From assembly GCA_013816585.1 (NCBI GenBank), contig JACDEE010000004.1, positions 3,017-67,016 of the forward strand: a stretch of 64,000 nucleotides of DNA. The letters are read 5' to 3'. This stretch comes from Sphingosinicella sp. (GTDB taxonomy: Bacteria; Pseudomonadota; Alphaproteobacteria; Sphingomonadales; Sphingomonadaceae). The position numbers and the translations under genes were made by a program. The notes beneath the pieces were generated by a model, which worked only from the letters and a program-made list of their open reading frames with translations, ran no database searches and was not told the DNA's origin. Positions 37,372 to 47,116 of this stretch are shown here, one piece after another. The first letter of the stretch is position 1; the number at the start of each line of letters is the position of its first letter.

Positions 37372-37685
37372 GGGGCATCCTTAAGGTAGGGGTTTGGCCA
37401 GACTTTAGCCGGGGAATCCTGGGCGGCAAGCGGGCTTTATTCCAGGCGTCCCGTCGGAACCGATGAACGACTGCCGCCCGGATGATTTGCGAGCGGCACC
37501 TGCTGGCCGAGCGGGAAGTCAGGGCCTGCGGCTGATGCAGCGCATTCTGGGCGCTCGCGGAGGCGAAATTAATGTGAATTGGCTCGAATTCGGCCTGGAT
37601 GCCACCATCCGCCTCCCTCGAACAGGCTGAAGCCGATTCATGCAGGGGTGCTGACCTCGCGCCCGGGAAGGCATTGAAGCCGCCC

Positions 37686-38279
37686 TCAAGGTTTCGCCTG
37701 TAGCAACCGGCGCTCCAGAGCCTCGCGCACACCGCCCCATTCCTCATCGATGATGGAAAAGAGCGCCGTGTCCCTTTTATGCCCGGTCCACGTGATCTTG
37801 TGGCGGCGGATGATAGCTTCCTTTTTCGCGCCCAGTTTCAGTACGGCGGCCTGGCTGCGGGCGTTGCGCGAATCCACCCCGAACTGAACACGCACCGCCC
37901 CCGCATCGAAGGCGTGGCCCAGCATCAGCAATTTGGTTTCCGGGTTAATAGCGGTTCCGCGATATTCAGGCCGGAACCAGGTGGAGCCGATCTCCAGCGT
38001 TCGATTGTGCCGGTCGATGAAGAGGTGGCTCGACGTGCCGGCGATCCGGCCGCTGGCCTTGTCGCGTACCGCAAAGGCGATGCGGTCGGGCATTTTGGTC
38101 ATGGCCTGCCAGTAACGGTCGAAATGCTCGCCCATCGCGCTGATCACCTGCAATTGCCAATTTTCAGGATCGCAATTGAGCGCCTCTCGCATCTCGGCTT
38201 CGTGCTCGCCGGTGACGGGTTCCAACCGGACGTGATCGCCCTCGAGGGTGCGGGGTTCCAGGTTCATTCGATCGGGCAT
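37686..38279 (-). CDS. GNAT-family N-acetyltransferase (RimJ/RimL-like)
   Basis: 197 aa with an acetyltransferase fold pattern (VRLEP...; GTAINPETKLLMLGHAF; NARSQAAVLKLGAKKE). Confidence 0.8.
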   Translation of the reverse strand: MPDRMNLEPRTLEGDHVRLEPVTGEHEAEMREALNCDPENWQLQVISAMGEHFDRYWQAMTKMPDRIAFAVRDKASGRIAGTSSHLFIDRHNRTLEIGSTWFRPEYRGTAINPETKLLMLGHAFDAGAVRVQFGVDSRNARSQAAVLKLGAKKEAIIRRHKITWTGHKRDTALFSIIDEEWGGVREALERRLLQAKP

Positions 38280-38303
38280 ATCGCGTTCTCCCTATAGAAT
38301 ATT

Positions 38304-38323
38304 CGTCACGGGCGGCCGTGACG
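38304..38323 (-). terminator. perfect 8-bp stem / 4-nt loop hairpin between lepA and the GNAT gene
   Basis: CGTCACGG-gcgg-CCGTGACG. On the minus strand it is followed by the A/T-rich AATATTCTATAGG. Confidence 0.4.
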
Positions 38324-38429
38324 TCGGACGGGGTCGGCTGGGTAGCCAGCCGCCCCGCCGGCCGGAATGCGCCGTCTCGCGCGGCTGCTCGGGCGGCGCT
38401 TCGCGCCGGCCTCGCTGCCGCGGTGCGGC

Positions 38430-40247
38430 TTATTCTTCCCCCATCCTGAGGGCTGCGATGAAAGCCTCCTGCGGGATCTGGACAGATCCATATTCGCGCA
38501 TGCGCTTCTTTCCCTCTTTCTGCTTTTCCAGCAGCTTCTTCTTTCGGCTGATGTCGCCGCCATAGCATTTGGCGGTGACGTCCTTGCGAAGCGCGGCGAT
38601 GGTTTCGCGAGCGATCACCTTGCCACCGATCGCCGCCTGGATCGGGATCTTGAACAAATGGCGGGGGATCAGGTCCTTCAACCGCTCGCACATTCCGCGT
38701 CCACGCGCTTCCGCAGTGCCGCGATGGACGATCATCGAAAGCGCGTCGACCGGCTCGTTATTGACCAGAAGGCTCATCTTGACGAGGTCACCCTCACGGT
38801 GGCCGATCTGGTGATAATCGAAGCTCGCATAGCCGCGCGAAATGCTCTTCAGCCGGTCGTAAAAATCGAACACGACTTCGTTCAAGGGCAGTTCGTAGGT
38901 CAGTTGGGCTCGGCCCGCCACATAGGTCAGGTTCTTTTGAATACCGCGCCGGTCCTGGCAGAGCTTCAGGATCGATCCGAGATATTCGTCGGGCACATAG
39001 ATAGTCGCTTCGATCCACGGCTCCTCGATCCGCTCGATCCGGTTGGGATCGGGCATGTCCGCCGGGTTGTGGAGCTGGATGATCCGCGCTGGATCCTCCT
39101 TCGAATGCGACAGGTGGATATTATAGACCACGCTCGGCGCGGTGGTGATGAGGTCCAGATCATATTCGCGGGTCAGCCGCTCCTGGATAATTTCAAGGTG
39201 AAGCAGGCCGAGGAACCCGCAGCGAAAGCCGAAGCCCAAGGCGGCGCTGGTTTCCATTTCGAAGCTGAAGGAAGCATCGTTCAGCCGAAGCTTCGAAATG
39301 CTTTCGCGCAATTTTTCGAAATCATTGGCATCCACCGGGAACAGGCCGCAGAAAACCACCGGCTGCACTTCCTTGAACCCGGGCAGCGCCTCAGCGGCGG
39401 GTCGGCGAACGTCGGTGATCGTGTCGCCGACGCGGGTTTCGGAAATGTCCTTGATCTGCGCGGTAATGAAACCGATCTCGCCCGCGACCAACTCGGTCAT
39501 CTGCTCGATCTTCGGCCGGAAGGCGCCGACGCGGTCCACCAGATGGGTCGTTCCGCCGGCCATGAACTTGACGTTCTGGCCCTTCTTGATGATCCCGTCG
39601 ATCACCCGGATCAAGATGACGACGCCCAGATAAGGGTCGTACCAGCTATCCACCAGCATCGCCTTTAGCGGCGCCTCGCGGTCGCCGCTGGGTGGCGGGA
39701 TGCGACGGACGATCGCCTCCAATATCTCGTCGATGCCGATCCCGGTCTTGGCCGAGGCCAGCACCGCATCGTCGGCGGGAAGGCCGATTATGTCCTCAAT
39801 CTCTTTGCGCACCTGTTCGGGCTCGGCGGCGGGAAGGTCGATCTTGTTGATGACCGGCACGATTTCATGGTCATGCTCGATTGACTGATAAACGTTGGCT
39901 AGCGTCTGCGCTTCCACCCCCTGCGCCGCGTCCACGACCAGCAAGGCGCCCTCGCACGCGGCAAGGCTCCGGCTAACTTCATAGGCGAAATCGACATGGC
40001 CTGGAGTGTCCATAAGGTTCAAGACATAGGTCTCGCCGTCCAGGGCCTTGTAATCCAGCCGCACGGTCTGCGCCTTGATCGTGATCCCGCGCTCTTTCTC
40101 GATATCCATATTGTCCAGCACCTGGCTCGACATTTCGCGATCGGTCAGGCCGCCTGTCCGCTGAATCAGCCGGTCGGCGAGGGTCGACTTCCCGTGGTCG
40201 ATATGAGCGATGATGGAGAAGTTTCGGATGCGGGAGAGTTCGGTCAT
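38430..40247 (-). CDS. lepA: translation elongation factor 4 (LepA)
   Basis: N-terminus [26 protein letters not shown], then DTPGHVDF and NKID GTPase motifs and a LepA C-terminal domain. Start at ATG 40247. Confidence 0.95.
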   Translation of the reverse strand: MTELSRIRNFSIIAHIDHGKSTLADRLIQRTGGLTDREMSSQVLDNMDIEKERGITIKAQTVRLDYKALDGETYVLNLMDTPGHVDFAYEVSRSLAACEGALLVVDAAQGVEAQTLANVYQSIEHDHEIVPVINKIDLPAAEPEQVRKEIEDIIGLPADDAVLASAKTGIGIDEILEAIVRRIPPPSGDREAPLKAMLVDSWYDPYLGVVILIRVIDGIIKKGQNVKFMAGGTTHLVDRVGAFRPKIEQMTELVAGEIGFITAQIKDISETRVGDTITDVRRPAAEALPGFKEVQPVVFCGLFPVDANDFEKLRESISKLRLNDASFSFEMETSAALGFGFRCGFLGLLHLEIIQERLTREYDLDLITTAPSVVYNIHLSHSKEDPARIIQLHNPADMPDPNRIERIEEPWIEATIYVPDEYLGSILKLCQDRRGIQKNLTYVAGRAQLTYELPLNEVVFDFYDRLKSISRGYASFDYHQIGHREGDLVKMSLLVNNEPVDALSMIVHRGTAEARGRGMCERLKDLIPRHLFKIPIQAAIGGKVIARETIAALRKDVTAKCYGGDISRKKKLLEKQKEGKKRMREYGSVQIPQEAFIAALRMGEE

Positions 40248-40365
40248 TGAAGCGCTTTTCTGTGGGCTGAACGCGCGCCCTAGCATCCGTGGCGGCTAGC
40301 GCCAACCGGGGCTCGATTACCAAGTCAGAACCAAAGTGGAGAAAGGCGCTGAGCCTGCTCCGGCC

Positions 40366-40995
40366 TCAGGTGAAAATATGGGTATTGCAGGGCGAGGTCA
40401 CGCCCTTGCCGTCGCTGCCCCAGCGGCGGAAACCCTTGCTGTCCACGTGGAACCGGTTGCCGCTGTAGAAGCCCAGCCCAACATCATATTGTTCGCCCCG
40501 GAAATCGTGAATGGCGCAGAGGCTGCGGAGCATGGCGGGGCGGCTGACCGGCTTCACCGGGACCAGATCGAGCGCGAAGAAATGGCGGTGCGCGCTGGCT
40601 TTGGCGCCGCCCGAACATTGATTGAGGCCCTCGTTACGATAGCCCGAAACCGCCTCGACCGGGCCGATCACCGGCTGGACGTGGTCCTTCACATAGCCAA
40701 GCGTCTCAGAAATATGCTGCCATTCGGCGACCGGAGCGACTTCGAAGCGCGGCCCCGAGCAATCGCGCCACATGCTGGCGGTACGGACCAGCTGCCAGGT
40801 CGGCACCACGCCCTGGACATCCTTCATGTCGAGAAAGGTCTTGAACGAAAGAACCTGCGCCCGGGCGGCGGGTTCGCGCGCCAGCCAGGCAAGATAATCG
40901 GCCCGCCCCTGTCCCTCGGCGATGCTTTGCGCCGTCGCCGGAACAGAACATAGGCCCAGCGCCAGGAGCGAGGCAAAACGTCCAAGTCTTTGCAT
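40366..40995 (-). CDS. secreted peptidase M15A-like (D-Ala-D-Ala carboxypeptidase-family metallohydrolase)
   Basis: Signal peptide (LLALGLCSVPATAQS) and a zinc-ligand pattern of SGYR...SAHRHFFALDL...FHVD. Confidence 0.7.
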   Translation of the reverse strand: MQRLGRFASLLALGLCSVPATAQSIAEGQGRADYLAWLAREPAARAQVLSFKTFLDMKDVQGVVPTWQLVRTASMWRDCSGPRFEVAPVAEWQHISETLGYVKDHVQPVIGPVEAVSGYRNEGLNQCSGGAKASAHRHFFALDLVPVKPVSRPAMLRSLCAIHDFRGEQYDVGLGFYSGNRFHVDSKGFRRWGSDGKGVTSPCNTHIFT

Positions 40996-41078
40996 TTGTT
41001 ATATATAGTGATTTCACGCCGGTTTTTCAACCTCGGCGCGCTGCGGGGAGGAGTTGGACCAGGTCGGGTGGGGCGCGA

Positions 41079-41492
41079 TCAAGTCCCCGGAAGCGTCTGC
41101 AAATAGACGCGTCGGCTCTGCTGCAGCGTTATCGGCGGAAGATCGACAAAAAACAACTCCAGATCCACCGTATAGCTCATCTGGATATTGTAATAATCGG
41201 AGCTTCCGGATTTTCCGGGGGTCAGAATGGGCGTTGCCAGATTTTTCGCGACCAAGCCGAACTTGGCGGCATTGATCTTCGATTTGATTTGCGCTGTAGA
41301 AGGTCGAGGGTGAAGTGTGGCAAGACGCGCCCCTTCGGCGAGCGCATTGCTGAGCCCGGCGCTAGCGAAAAACAATATGCCGAGCTGCCCAATCGCCACG
41401 AGCAAGGCGACGAAGGCCGGAGCGACGAGCGCGAATTCGATCGCGGCCGCCCCCCGAAGGTCGGAGAGGACAGGGGCGCCACGCCGCATCAT
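41079..41492 (-). CDS. TadE/TadG-family pilus assembly (pseudopilin-like) protein
   Basis: N-terminal TadE motif GAAAIEFALVAPAFVALLVAI. 137 aa. Confidence 0.8.
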   Translation of the reverse strand: MMRRGAPVLSDLRGAAAIEFALVAPAFVALLVAIGQLGILFFASAGLSNALAEGARLATLHPRPSTAQIKSKINAAKFGLVAKNLATPILTPGKSGSSDYYNIQMSYTVDLELFFVDLPPITLQQSRRVYLQTLPGT

Positions 41493-41947
41493 TTCACCCT
41501 CAGCGTCGATCGCGAAGCAAGGTGGAGGACCCCTTTGTTATTTCCCGCGCCGAAGGGACCGTAAGAGAATAGAGGTTTAAAGTCCGATTTTATGGTCACT
41601 TTTACGAACCGCGCCACCTCCTGAGTGCCCGGGCAGGTGGCGGCGGCGGAATTGGCTTGTTTCACCCCGTCGCATTCCAGCCACGTGCGGACATCGATAT
41701 TGCTCGCGGCTTCACCCGAGGCCAAGGCAGCCTCCGGGATTACATAACTATAATCGCTTTGCAGCGCACCGACGGTGACCATCTCCAGCGTCCGATAGAC
41801 GGCTTGGTCAAGCTGAAATTTCCGGCCAACCGCGCGTGCGGCATCGGTTATGCCCACCACCATGAAGGCCAGCATCGGGGCGACCAAAGCGAACTCGATC
41901 GCACTGGCCCCGCGCGGGTCGCTGAGAAGGTGCTTTAAGCGCAGCAT
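41489..41947 (-). CDS. TadE-like pilus assembly protein
   Basis: N-terminal GASAIEFALVAPMLAFMVVGI. Start taken at MLRLKH (ATG 41947). 4-nt overlap with the next tadE-like gene. Confidence 0.8.
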   Translation of the reverse strand: MLRLKHLLSDPRGASAIEFALVAPMLAFMVVGITDAARAVGRKFQLDQAVYRTLEMVTVGALQSDYSYVIPEAALASGEAASNIDVRTWLECDGVKQANSAAATCPGTQEVARFVKVTIKSDFKPLFSYGPFGAGNNKGVLHLASRSTLRVK

Positions 41948-41948
41948 C

Positions 41949-43190
41949 TCAGGCGACCAGCCGCACCCATTTGGCATCGAAGGACTTGGCGCCTCCCCCG
42001 GAGGGGCAGCTATTGTTGATCGTCGTATTGCCTTCGAAGGTCAGGTGATGCGCGACCAGCTGAATGCAGTTGGTCGTCATTCCGGAATTTCCGTTAAAGG
42101 TCAGATCTTGCGATGGAAAATAGAAAGCCCCCACGAACTTCGAAGTGCTGTTGCCGTTGATCTTATGACCCGCGGTAGGCGCACGCCGGTCGTAATACAT
42201 GATCACGCCTTCGTAGGTGCCGCTGGTAGGCGCGGACAGATCGACCTTGGCGCTCCCGTTAATGGAGACGCTCGGAAAGGAGGTAGGGTTGGTCGGCGTT
42301 TCGCTCGTAAGGACAATGGTGGCCCCGGTGCCCGACAGATCGGCCTTGGAATTGAGAGTGAGAGGGCCGGTTAGGATTAGGGTGGTGTTCGCGGGAAGAG
42401 GGAAAGCCCTATCCACATCCATTCCCTTATAGCATCGTCCGCTGACGATACTGGTCGGCAGTGTGCTGTCGGTGATTTGCGGAAAGCAGCCCTCGGCGCG
42501 AATTACCGGGTCGGGGATAGTCGAGAATGGATCAGCTTGCTTTAGCGAATAAGGAAGAAGCAAGGTCGGCTGTTTATAGACGCTGCTACTGGGAACCCCG
42601 CCCACCGCGGCGATCGGCGACGCCGTTACAGCGGCGCTTCCCGCCGCGGAAACGGCCGACGATCCGGTCGTGTTGGAAATCATCCCGCAGCCAAGATTCA
42701 CCGTGGCATTGCCCGCGAAGGTGATCCCGGTCCCGCTGCTCTCGTCGAGCGAAACCATGCAATATTTACCGCTGAAGACCAGGGCCGCGGTCGCCTGGAC
42801 GTTGATGATCGGCAGTTTCGAAGAGAAGAATGACCAGAAGGGTAGCGCGCGCTTCGCTGTGAGCACCACACGTACCGCGCGATTGGCATGCGTGCCGCTC
42901 GTCGGTTGGGTGATGGCGGCCGAGGACAAGGGAAAGGCATCGTTAAAACCAAGGGCCTTGGTGGCCGCTGCGTTCGCGTCCTTGGTCTGCGCCTTGGCGT
43001 ACGCGCCCGCCAGCGCGGCCGAATCCGCCGCGCGCTGCAAATGGCGTTTGAGCAGGCTGAGCTGGATCGTGTCCACGGCGAGGCCCGCCGACCCCACCAG
43101 CAAAGGCATGGCGGCCGCGACCATGATCAGCACATTGCCCTTTTTGTCCGACCGCAGATTTCTGCGCGATTTGAAGAGCCTCATATGCAA
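41949..43190 (-). CDS. TadG-like (Flp pilus-assembly TadE/G-like domain) protein
   Basis: 413 aa. The N-terminus GNVLIMVAAAMPLLVGSAGLAVD...LQRAADSAALAGA is typical of TadG/PF13400. The C-terminal part is Gly/Ser/Thr-rich. Confidence 0.75.
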   Translation of the reverse strand: MHMRLFKSRRNLRSDKKGNVLIMVAAAMPLLVGSAGLAVDTIQLSLLKRHLQRAADSAALAGAYAKAQTKDANAAATKALGFNDAFPLSSAAITQPTSGTHANRAVRVVLTAKRALPFWSFFSSKLPIINVQATAALVFSGKYCMVSLDESSGTGITFAGNATVNLGCGMISNTTGSSAVSAAGSAAVTASPIAAVGGVPSSSVYKQPTLLLPYSLKQADPFSTIPDPVIRAEGCFPQITDSTLPTSIVSGRCYKGMDVDRAFPLPANTTLILTGPLTLNSKADLSGTGATIVLTSETPTNPTSFPSVSINGSAKVDLSAPTSGTYEGVIMYYDRRAPTAGHKINGNSTSKFVGAFYFPSQDLTFNGNSGMTTNCIQLVAHHLTFEGNTTINNSCPSGGGAKSFDAKWVRLVA

Positions 43191-43344
43191 TCCCTCGACT
43201 TCACGAACATTTGTTCATTCGGCGGAGTAGCGGAACGAGGTTTATCCACGGTTAGATGACATGGTTAACGGCGCTTAATCATGCGCTTGGGATATGAAAC
43301 CACACGGCTTGGCGCTTCGCCCCGGTGCCGCTATCATGCCGGGC

Positions 43345-43668
43345 ATGAGCAAGCCCATCAGCGTCGATCTTCCCCATAAACTCGGCAAGGAAGAGGCGAG
43401 GCGCCGCATCCATGGCGGCATAGGTGGTCTCGGTAATCATATTCCCGGCGGCGCTGCGGACGTGAAGTCCAATTGGGAAGGCGACCGGCTGAACCTGGCG
43501 GTGAAGGCGATGGGCCAGGAAGTGACCGCCAGGATCGACGTCCAGGAAGCCGTGGTACGCGTCGAGGTCGTCCTGCCACCGATGCTCGGCTTCTTTGGAA
43601 ATCAGATCGAAAAGCTGCTGAAAAAGCAGGGCGGCCAAATGCTCGAGGACAAATCGAAGAAGACTTGA
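43345..43668 (+). CDS. polyhydroxyalkanoic acid system family protein (TIGR02610-like)
   Basis: 107 aa starting MSKPISVDLPHKLGKEEARRRI...W.GD.L, which is typical of the family. Confidence 0.7.
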   Translation: MSKPISVDLPHKLGKEEARRRIHGGIGGLGNHIPGGAADVKSNWEGDRLNLAVKAMGQEVTARIDVQEAVVRVEVVLPPMLGFFGNQIEKLLKKQGGQMLEDKSKKT

Positions 43669-43756
43669 ATCCGGCGCGCATCGTCCGGGGCCGCCGGCAC
43701 GCCCTTGCCACTGGCGCACAGGCCGCTAGCATCCGTCCGAACGAGGGGAGACGGGC

Positions 43757-45064
43757 ATGCGGCATGTGGCGATAATCGGATCCGGGCCCGCCGGTTATTA
43801 CTGCGCCGAAGCGCTCCAGAAGGAATTGGGGGACGAGGTGCATGTCGACATCATCGACCGCCTGCCCGTTCCTTATGGCCTGATCCGCTTTGGCGTCGCC
43901 CCCGACCACCAATCGATCAAGGCGGTTTCGCGCCGCTATGAAAAGACCGCGCTTAGCGACAATGTCCGCTTCGTCGGCAATGTGACGGTCGGCCGCGACA
44001 TTTCAATCGCCGAACTGATGGAGCTTTATGACGCCGTGATCCTGGCCACCGGCGCCCCCAATGATCGGGTGCTGGAAGTGCCGGGCAGCGATCTTCCGGG
44101 CGTGATCGGATCGGCCGCCTTCGTCGGCTGGTATAATGGTCACCCCGATTTCACCGACCTCGATCCGCCGCTCGATGCCGAGGCCGCAGTGGTGATCGGG
44201 AACGGCAACGTGGCCCTGGACGTGGCGCGGATCCTTTCCAAGACCCGCACCGAATTCCAGGGATCGGATATCGTCGGGCACGCGCTCGACGCGCTGGAAA
44301 AAAGCGCCATCCGGACGATCCATGTGCTGGGCCGGCGCGGCCCGCACCAGATTGCCATGACCCCCAAGGAATTAGGCGAGCTTGGCCATCTGGAAGACGC
44401 GGCGCCGCGGGTCGATCCGGCCGATTTCCCGCCGGAGGTCGACGATGCGCTGCTGGAGCCGGGAATGCGGAAATCGGTCACGCATCTGCGCGAATTTGCG
44501 GGCGCTGCCGCCAAGCGCAAAAGGATCGATTTCGATTTCTTCGCGATGCCGGTCGCGGTGGAGGGTAATGGACGGGTCGAGCGCGTGATCGTGGAGCGGA
44601 CCAGGCTGACCGAGGATCTGCGATCGGTCGGCACAGGCGAAACCTATGCGATCGAATGCGGTCTGGTGGTGAGCTGCATCGGTTACAAGACACCGCCGAT
44701 CGAGGGGGTACCCTATGAACATGGAAGGGGCCGCTTCGCCAATTCGGACGGCATGATTGCCGACGGGCTTTATTGCGTGGGCTGGGCGCGACGCGGCCCG
44801 ACCGGCACCATCGGCACCAATCGCCCCGACGGGTTCGAAGTGGCCGAAAAGATCGCCTCCAAATATCGCGGCGGCGCCAGCGGCAAATTCGGCCGGGCCG
44901 GACTCGATACCTTGTTGGACGGACGCGGTGTCGACATCGTCACCTTCCGCGACTGGCAGAAGATCGAGGCGCAGGAGATAAAGCGCGCACGCGACGGCAG
45001 CCCGCGCGAAAAGTTTACTCATATCGAGGAATTGCTGGGCGCGCGGAGCCCGGAAAAGGACTGA
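43757..45064 (+). CDS. ferredoxin--NADP(+) reductase, FprA/adrenodoxin-reductase type
   Basis: 435 aa with an FAD-binding GSGPAGYY and a second dinucleotide fold VVIGNGNVALD. The N-terminus resembles FprA (PVPYGLIRFGVAPDH). Confidence 0.85.
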   Translation: MRHVAIIGSGPAGYYCAEALQKELGDEVHVDIIDRLPVPYGLIRFGVAPDHQSIKAVSRRYEKTALSDNVRFVGNVTVGRDISIAELMELYDAVILATGAPNDRVLEVPGSDLPGVIGSAAFVGWYNGHPDFTDLDPPLDAEAAVVIGNGNVALDVARILSKTRTEFQGSDIVGHALDALEKSAIRTIHVLGRRGPHQIAMTPKELGELGHLEDAAPRVDPADFPPEVDDALLEPGMRKSVTHLREFAGAAAKRKRIDFDFFAMPVAVEGNGRVERVIVERTRLTEDLRSVGTGETYAIECGLVVSCIGYKTPPIEGVPYEHGRGRFANSDGMIADGLYCVGWARRGPTGTIGTNRPDGFEVAEKIASKYRGGASGKFGRAGLDTLLDGRGVDIVTFRDWQKIEAQEIKRARDGSPREKFTHIEELLGARSPEKD

Positions 45065-45158
45065 TTCGGTGGCTGCCTACGGGTGCTTGCGCTCCCCATT
45101 GGCCCTGCTTATAGACCCGCCCCTGTCTCCCGGTGGCGTTCGCGCCGGACACACCGGT

Positions 45159-45235
45159 CGGGGAGTAGCTCAGCCTGGTAGAGCACTGTCTTCGGGAGGC
45201 AGGGGCCGGAGGTTCGAATCCTCTCTCCCCGACCA
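45159..45235 (+). tRNA. tRNA-Pro (anticodon CGG)
   Basis: Acceptor CGGGGAG/CTCCCCG, D-arm AGCTCAGCCTGGTAGAGC, anticodon loop TTCGGGA, T-arm GGAGGTTCGAATCCTCT, and an encoded CCA. Confidence 0.9.
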
Positions 45236-45271
45236 TTTTCCTTGCCACGCGATGCAAGAGAGGTTGTCCCG

Positions 45272-45832
45272 GTGCCCAGGTTGATCCTGTTCAACAAGCC
45301 CTATGGCGTTCTCTCGCAATTCACGGATCGCGGCACCCCCTCGCCGCGTCCGACACTTTCGGACTTTATCGATCTGCCTCAAGTCTATCCTGCCGGCCGC
45401 CTTGACCAGGACAGCGAAGGACTTCTCCTTCTGACGGACGATGGCCGTCTTCAGGCGCGGATCGCGGACCCTCGCTTCAAGATGGCGAAAACCTATCTGG
45501 CGCAGGTTGAAGGCGTTGTCGAAGAGGCGGCGATCGAACTGCTGAGGCAAGGAATATTGTTGAAGGATGGGCGCACCCGGCCTGCCGAAGCCAGGCGGAT
45601 CGCCGATCCCGATCTTTGGCCCCGGAATCCGCCCATACGTGTCCGCCAGAGCGTGCCGGATTGCTGGCTGGAGCTGAAGATCAGCGAAGGCCGGAACCGG
45701 CAAGTTCGCCGGATGACGGCGGCGATCGGACATCCGACTCTAAGGCTGGTTCGTTCGGCGATCGGAGGCTGGGTCCTCGGCGATTTGAAGCCGGGGGAAT
45801 GGAAGCCCGCGCCTCCGGATACATTCACCTAA
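45272..45832 (+). CDS. rluE: 23S rRNA pseudouridine synthase RluE
   Basis: LILFNKPYGVLSQFTD, AGRLDQDSEGLLLLT, KTYLAQVEG and GRNRQVRRMTA match RluE blocks. The GTG at 45272 has an AGAGAGG RBS. The ORF-track start at 45242 lies only 7 nt from the tRNA. Confidence 0.85.
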   Translation: MPRLILFNKPYGVLSQFTDRGTPSPRPTLSDFIDLPQVYPAGRLDQDSEGLLLLTDDGRLQARIADPRFKMAKTYLAQVEGVVEEAAIELLRQGILLKDGRTRPAEARRIADPDLWPRNPPIRVRQSVPDCWLELKISEGRNRQVRRMTAAIGHPTLRLVRSAIGGWVLGDLKPGEWKPAPPDTFT

Positions 45833-45848
45833 ATCCAGCCTCGCAGTC

Positions 45849-47006
45849 CTATTCGCCAGCCTCCTCGTCAAAGGCAACGCTTCCCTGGTTAACGAGTATT
45901 TCCACCAATTCCAGTATAGCCGCCGACTGCGCGAGATCGGGGTCCAGATGGATACGCACTTGCGCGCACAGACGCCTTGCAAATGCAGCACTTTCCCCAC
46001 CGCATTCGAAGGACTGGCCGTCCACAAACAACAGGATCAAATCGTCGGTCTGGGGCAGATAAGAATAGCGGCTGGCGGGGCTGCGAACCAGCGGCACCGC
46101 GCGCGCGATGCTGTCCCGCACCTCGTCCACGCCTACGGATCGTGCGGGACTCCAATCGACATCGGGATATTTCGGATGGCTGCTATATTCGCCGAACCAA
46201 CGAGCAAATCCCTGCTTATCTGTCATCCGTTCGGTCATCATCATGTGCAGCCTGGCGATCGCAGATTTAGCAATCTCGCCCGGATTCTCCTGTATCGTCA
46301 GGTCCGGGTCCCGATAGCGCTCGTCCTCGGGCAATCGGGCGAGTAGGTGTTCGGTCCAGCCGGCAACCAGATCGCTCGTCGAAGGCGATCGGAAGCCGAC
46401 TGAATAGGTCATGCAATCATCGCCGACCGCCATGCCGTAATGCGCGATACCCGGCGGGACATAAAGAATGTCTCCGGCCTCAAGCACCCACTCCTCCTCC
46501 GCCTCGAACTTCGCCAATAGCCGCATATCCTGATCAGGCAGGATTTCGCTGCTGTCATCGCAGCGTCCGCCAATCTGCCATTTGCGTTTGCCAAGACCCT
46601 GGATGAGGAAGACGTCATATTGGTCGAAGTGCGGACCCGCGCTGCCGCCGTCGGAAGCGTAGCTGACCATAACATCGTCGATCCGCCAATTGGGTATGAA
46701 CCGGAACGGATCGATGAGGGCAGCGACTTCGGGAACATGATGGTCCACCGCCTGCACGAGCAGGGTCCAGTCTTTCGCGGGAAGCTGTTCAAAGCGAGCC
46801 TCCTCAAACGGCCCGTGTTCGAGCGTCCATCCGCCAGGGCCTCGCATGATGAGGCGCGATTCCACTTCCTCTTCGCATGCCAGCCCCGCCAGCTCGTCCG
46901 GGGCAAGAGGATTGGTCCAGGAACCCCACGGATTCCTGATCAACGCCACCTTCTTTTGCCAATATTCGCGCAGGAAGGCGGCGGGGTCGAAATCGTACAG
47001 CGTCAT
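45849..47006 (-). CDS. JmjC/cupin ribosomal oxygenase (RoxA/YcfD-like, uL16 arginine hydroxylase family)
   Basis: 385 aa with an N-terminus FLREYWQKK..LIR and the Fe(II) facial triad context GPHFDQYDVFLIQG...GDILYVPPGIAHYG. Confidence 0.8.
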   Translation of the reverse strand: MTLYDFDPAAFLREYWQKKVALIRNPWGSWTNPLAPDELAGLACEEEVESRLIMRGPGGWTLEHGPFEEARFEQLPAKDWTLLVQAVDHHVPEVAALIDPFRFIPNWRIDDVMVSYASDGGSAGPHFDQYDVFLIQGLGKRKWQIGGRCDDSSEILPDQDMRLLAKFEAEEEWVLEAGDILYVPPGIAHYGMAVGDDCMTYSVGFRSPSTSDLVAGWTEHLLARLPEDERYRDPDLTIQENPGEIAKSAIARLHMMMTERMTDKQGFARWFGEYSSHPKYPDVDWSPARSVGVDEVRDSIARAVPLVRSPASRYSYLPQTDDLILLFVDGQSFECGGESAAFARRLCAQVRIHLDPDLAQSAAILELVEILVNQGSVAFDEEAGE

Positions 47007-47116
47007 GGATTCTCCCGCGGGGCCGTAAGCAAGGCGTCATCCGTAACATGGATTTACGAAAGCTCGCGCCCAGCTTCATTCACCCTGGAGGAAATGCCGG
47101 CTCACGGCGCTCCGGA

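Noticed and set aside
43191-43344. GGAAC motif upstream of the PHA-system protein gene as another EcfG promoter
   Set aside because: GGAAC is followed by GGTT at N13 and TAGA at N16, with no CGTT at the required 16-17-nt spacing. GGAAC pentamers I checked at about 2621-2625 (minus strand), about 37458-37462 (plus strand) and about 56064-56068 (minus strand) fail in the same way.
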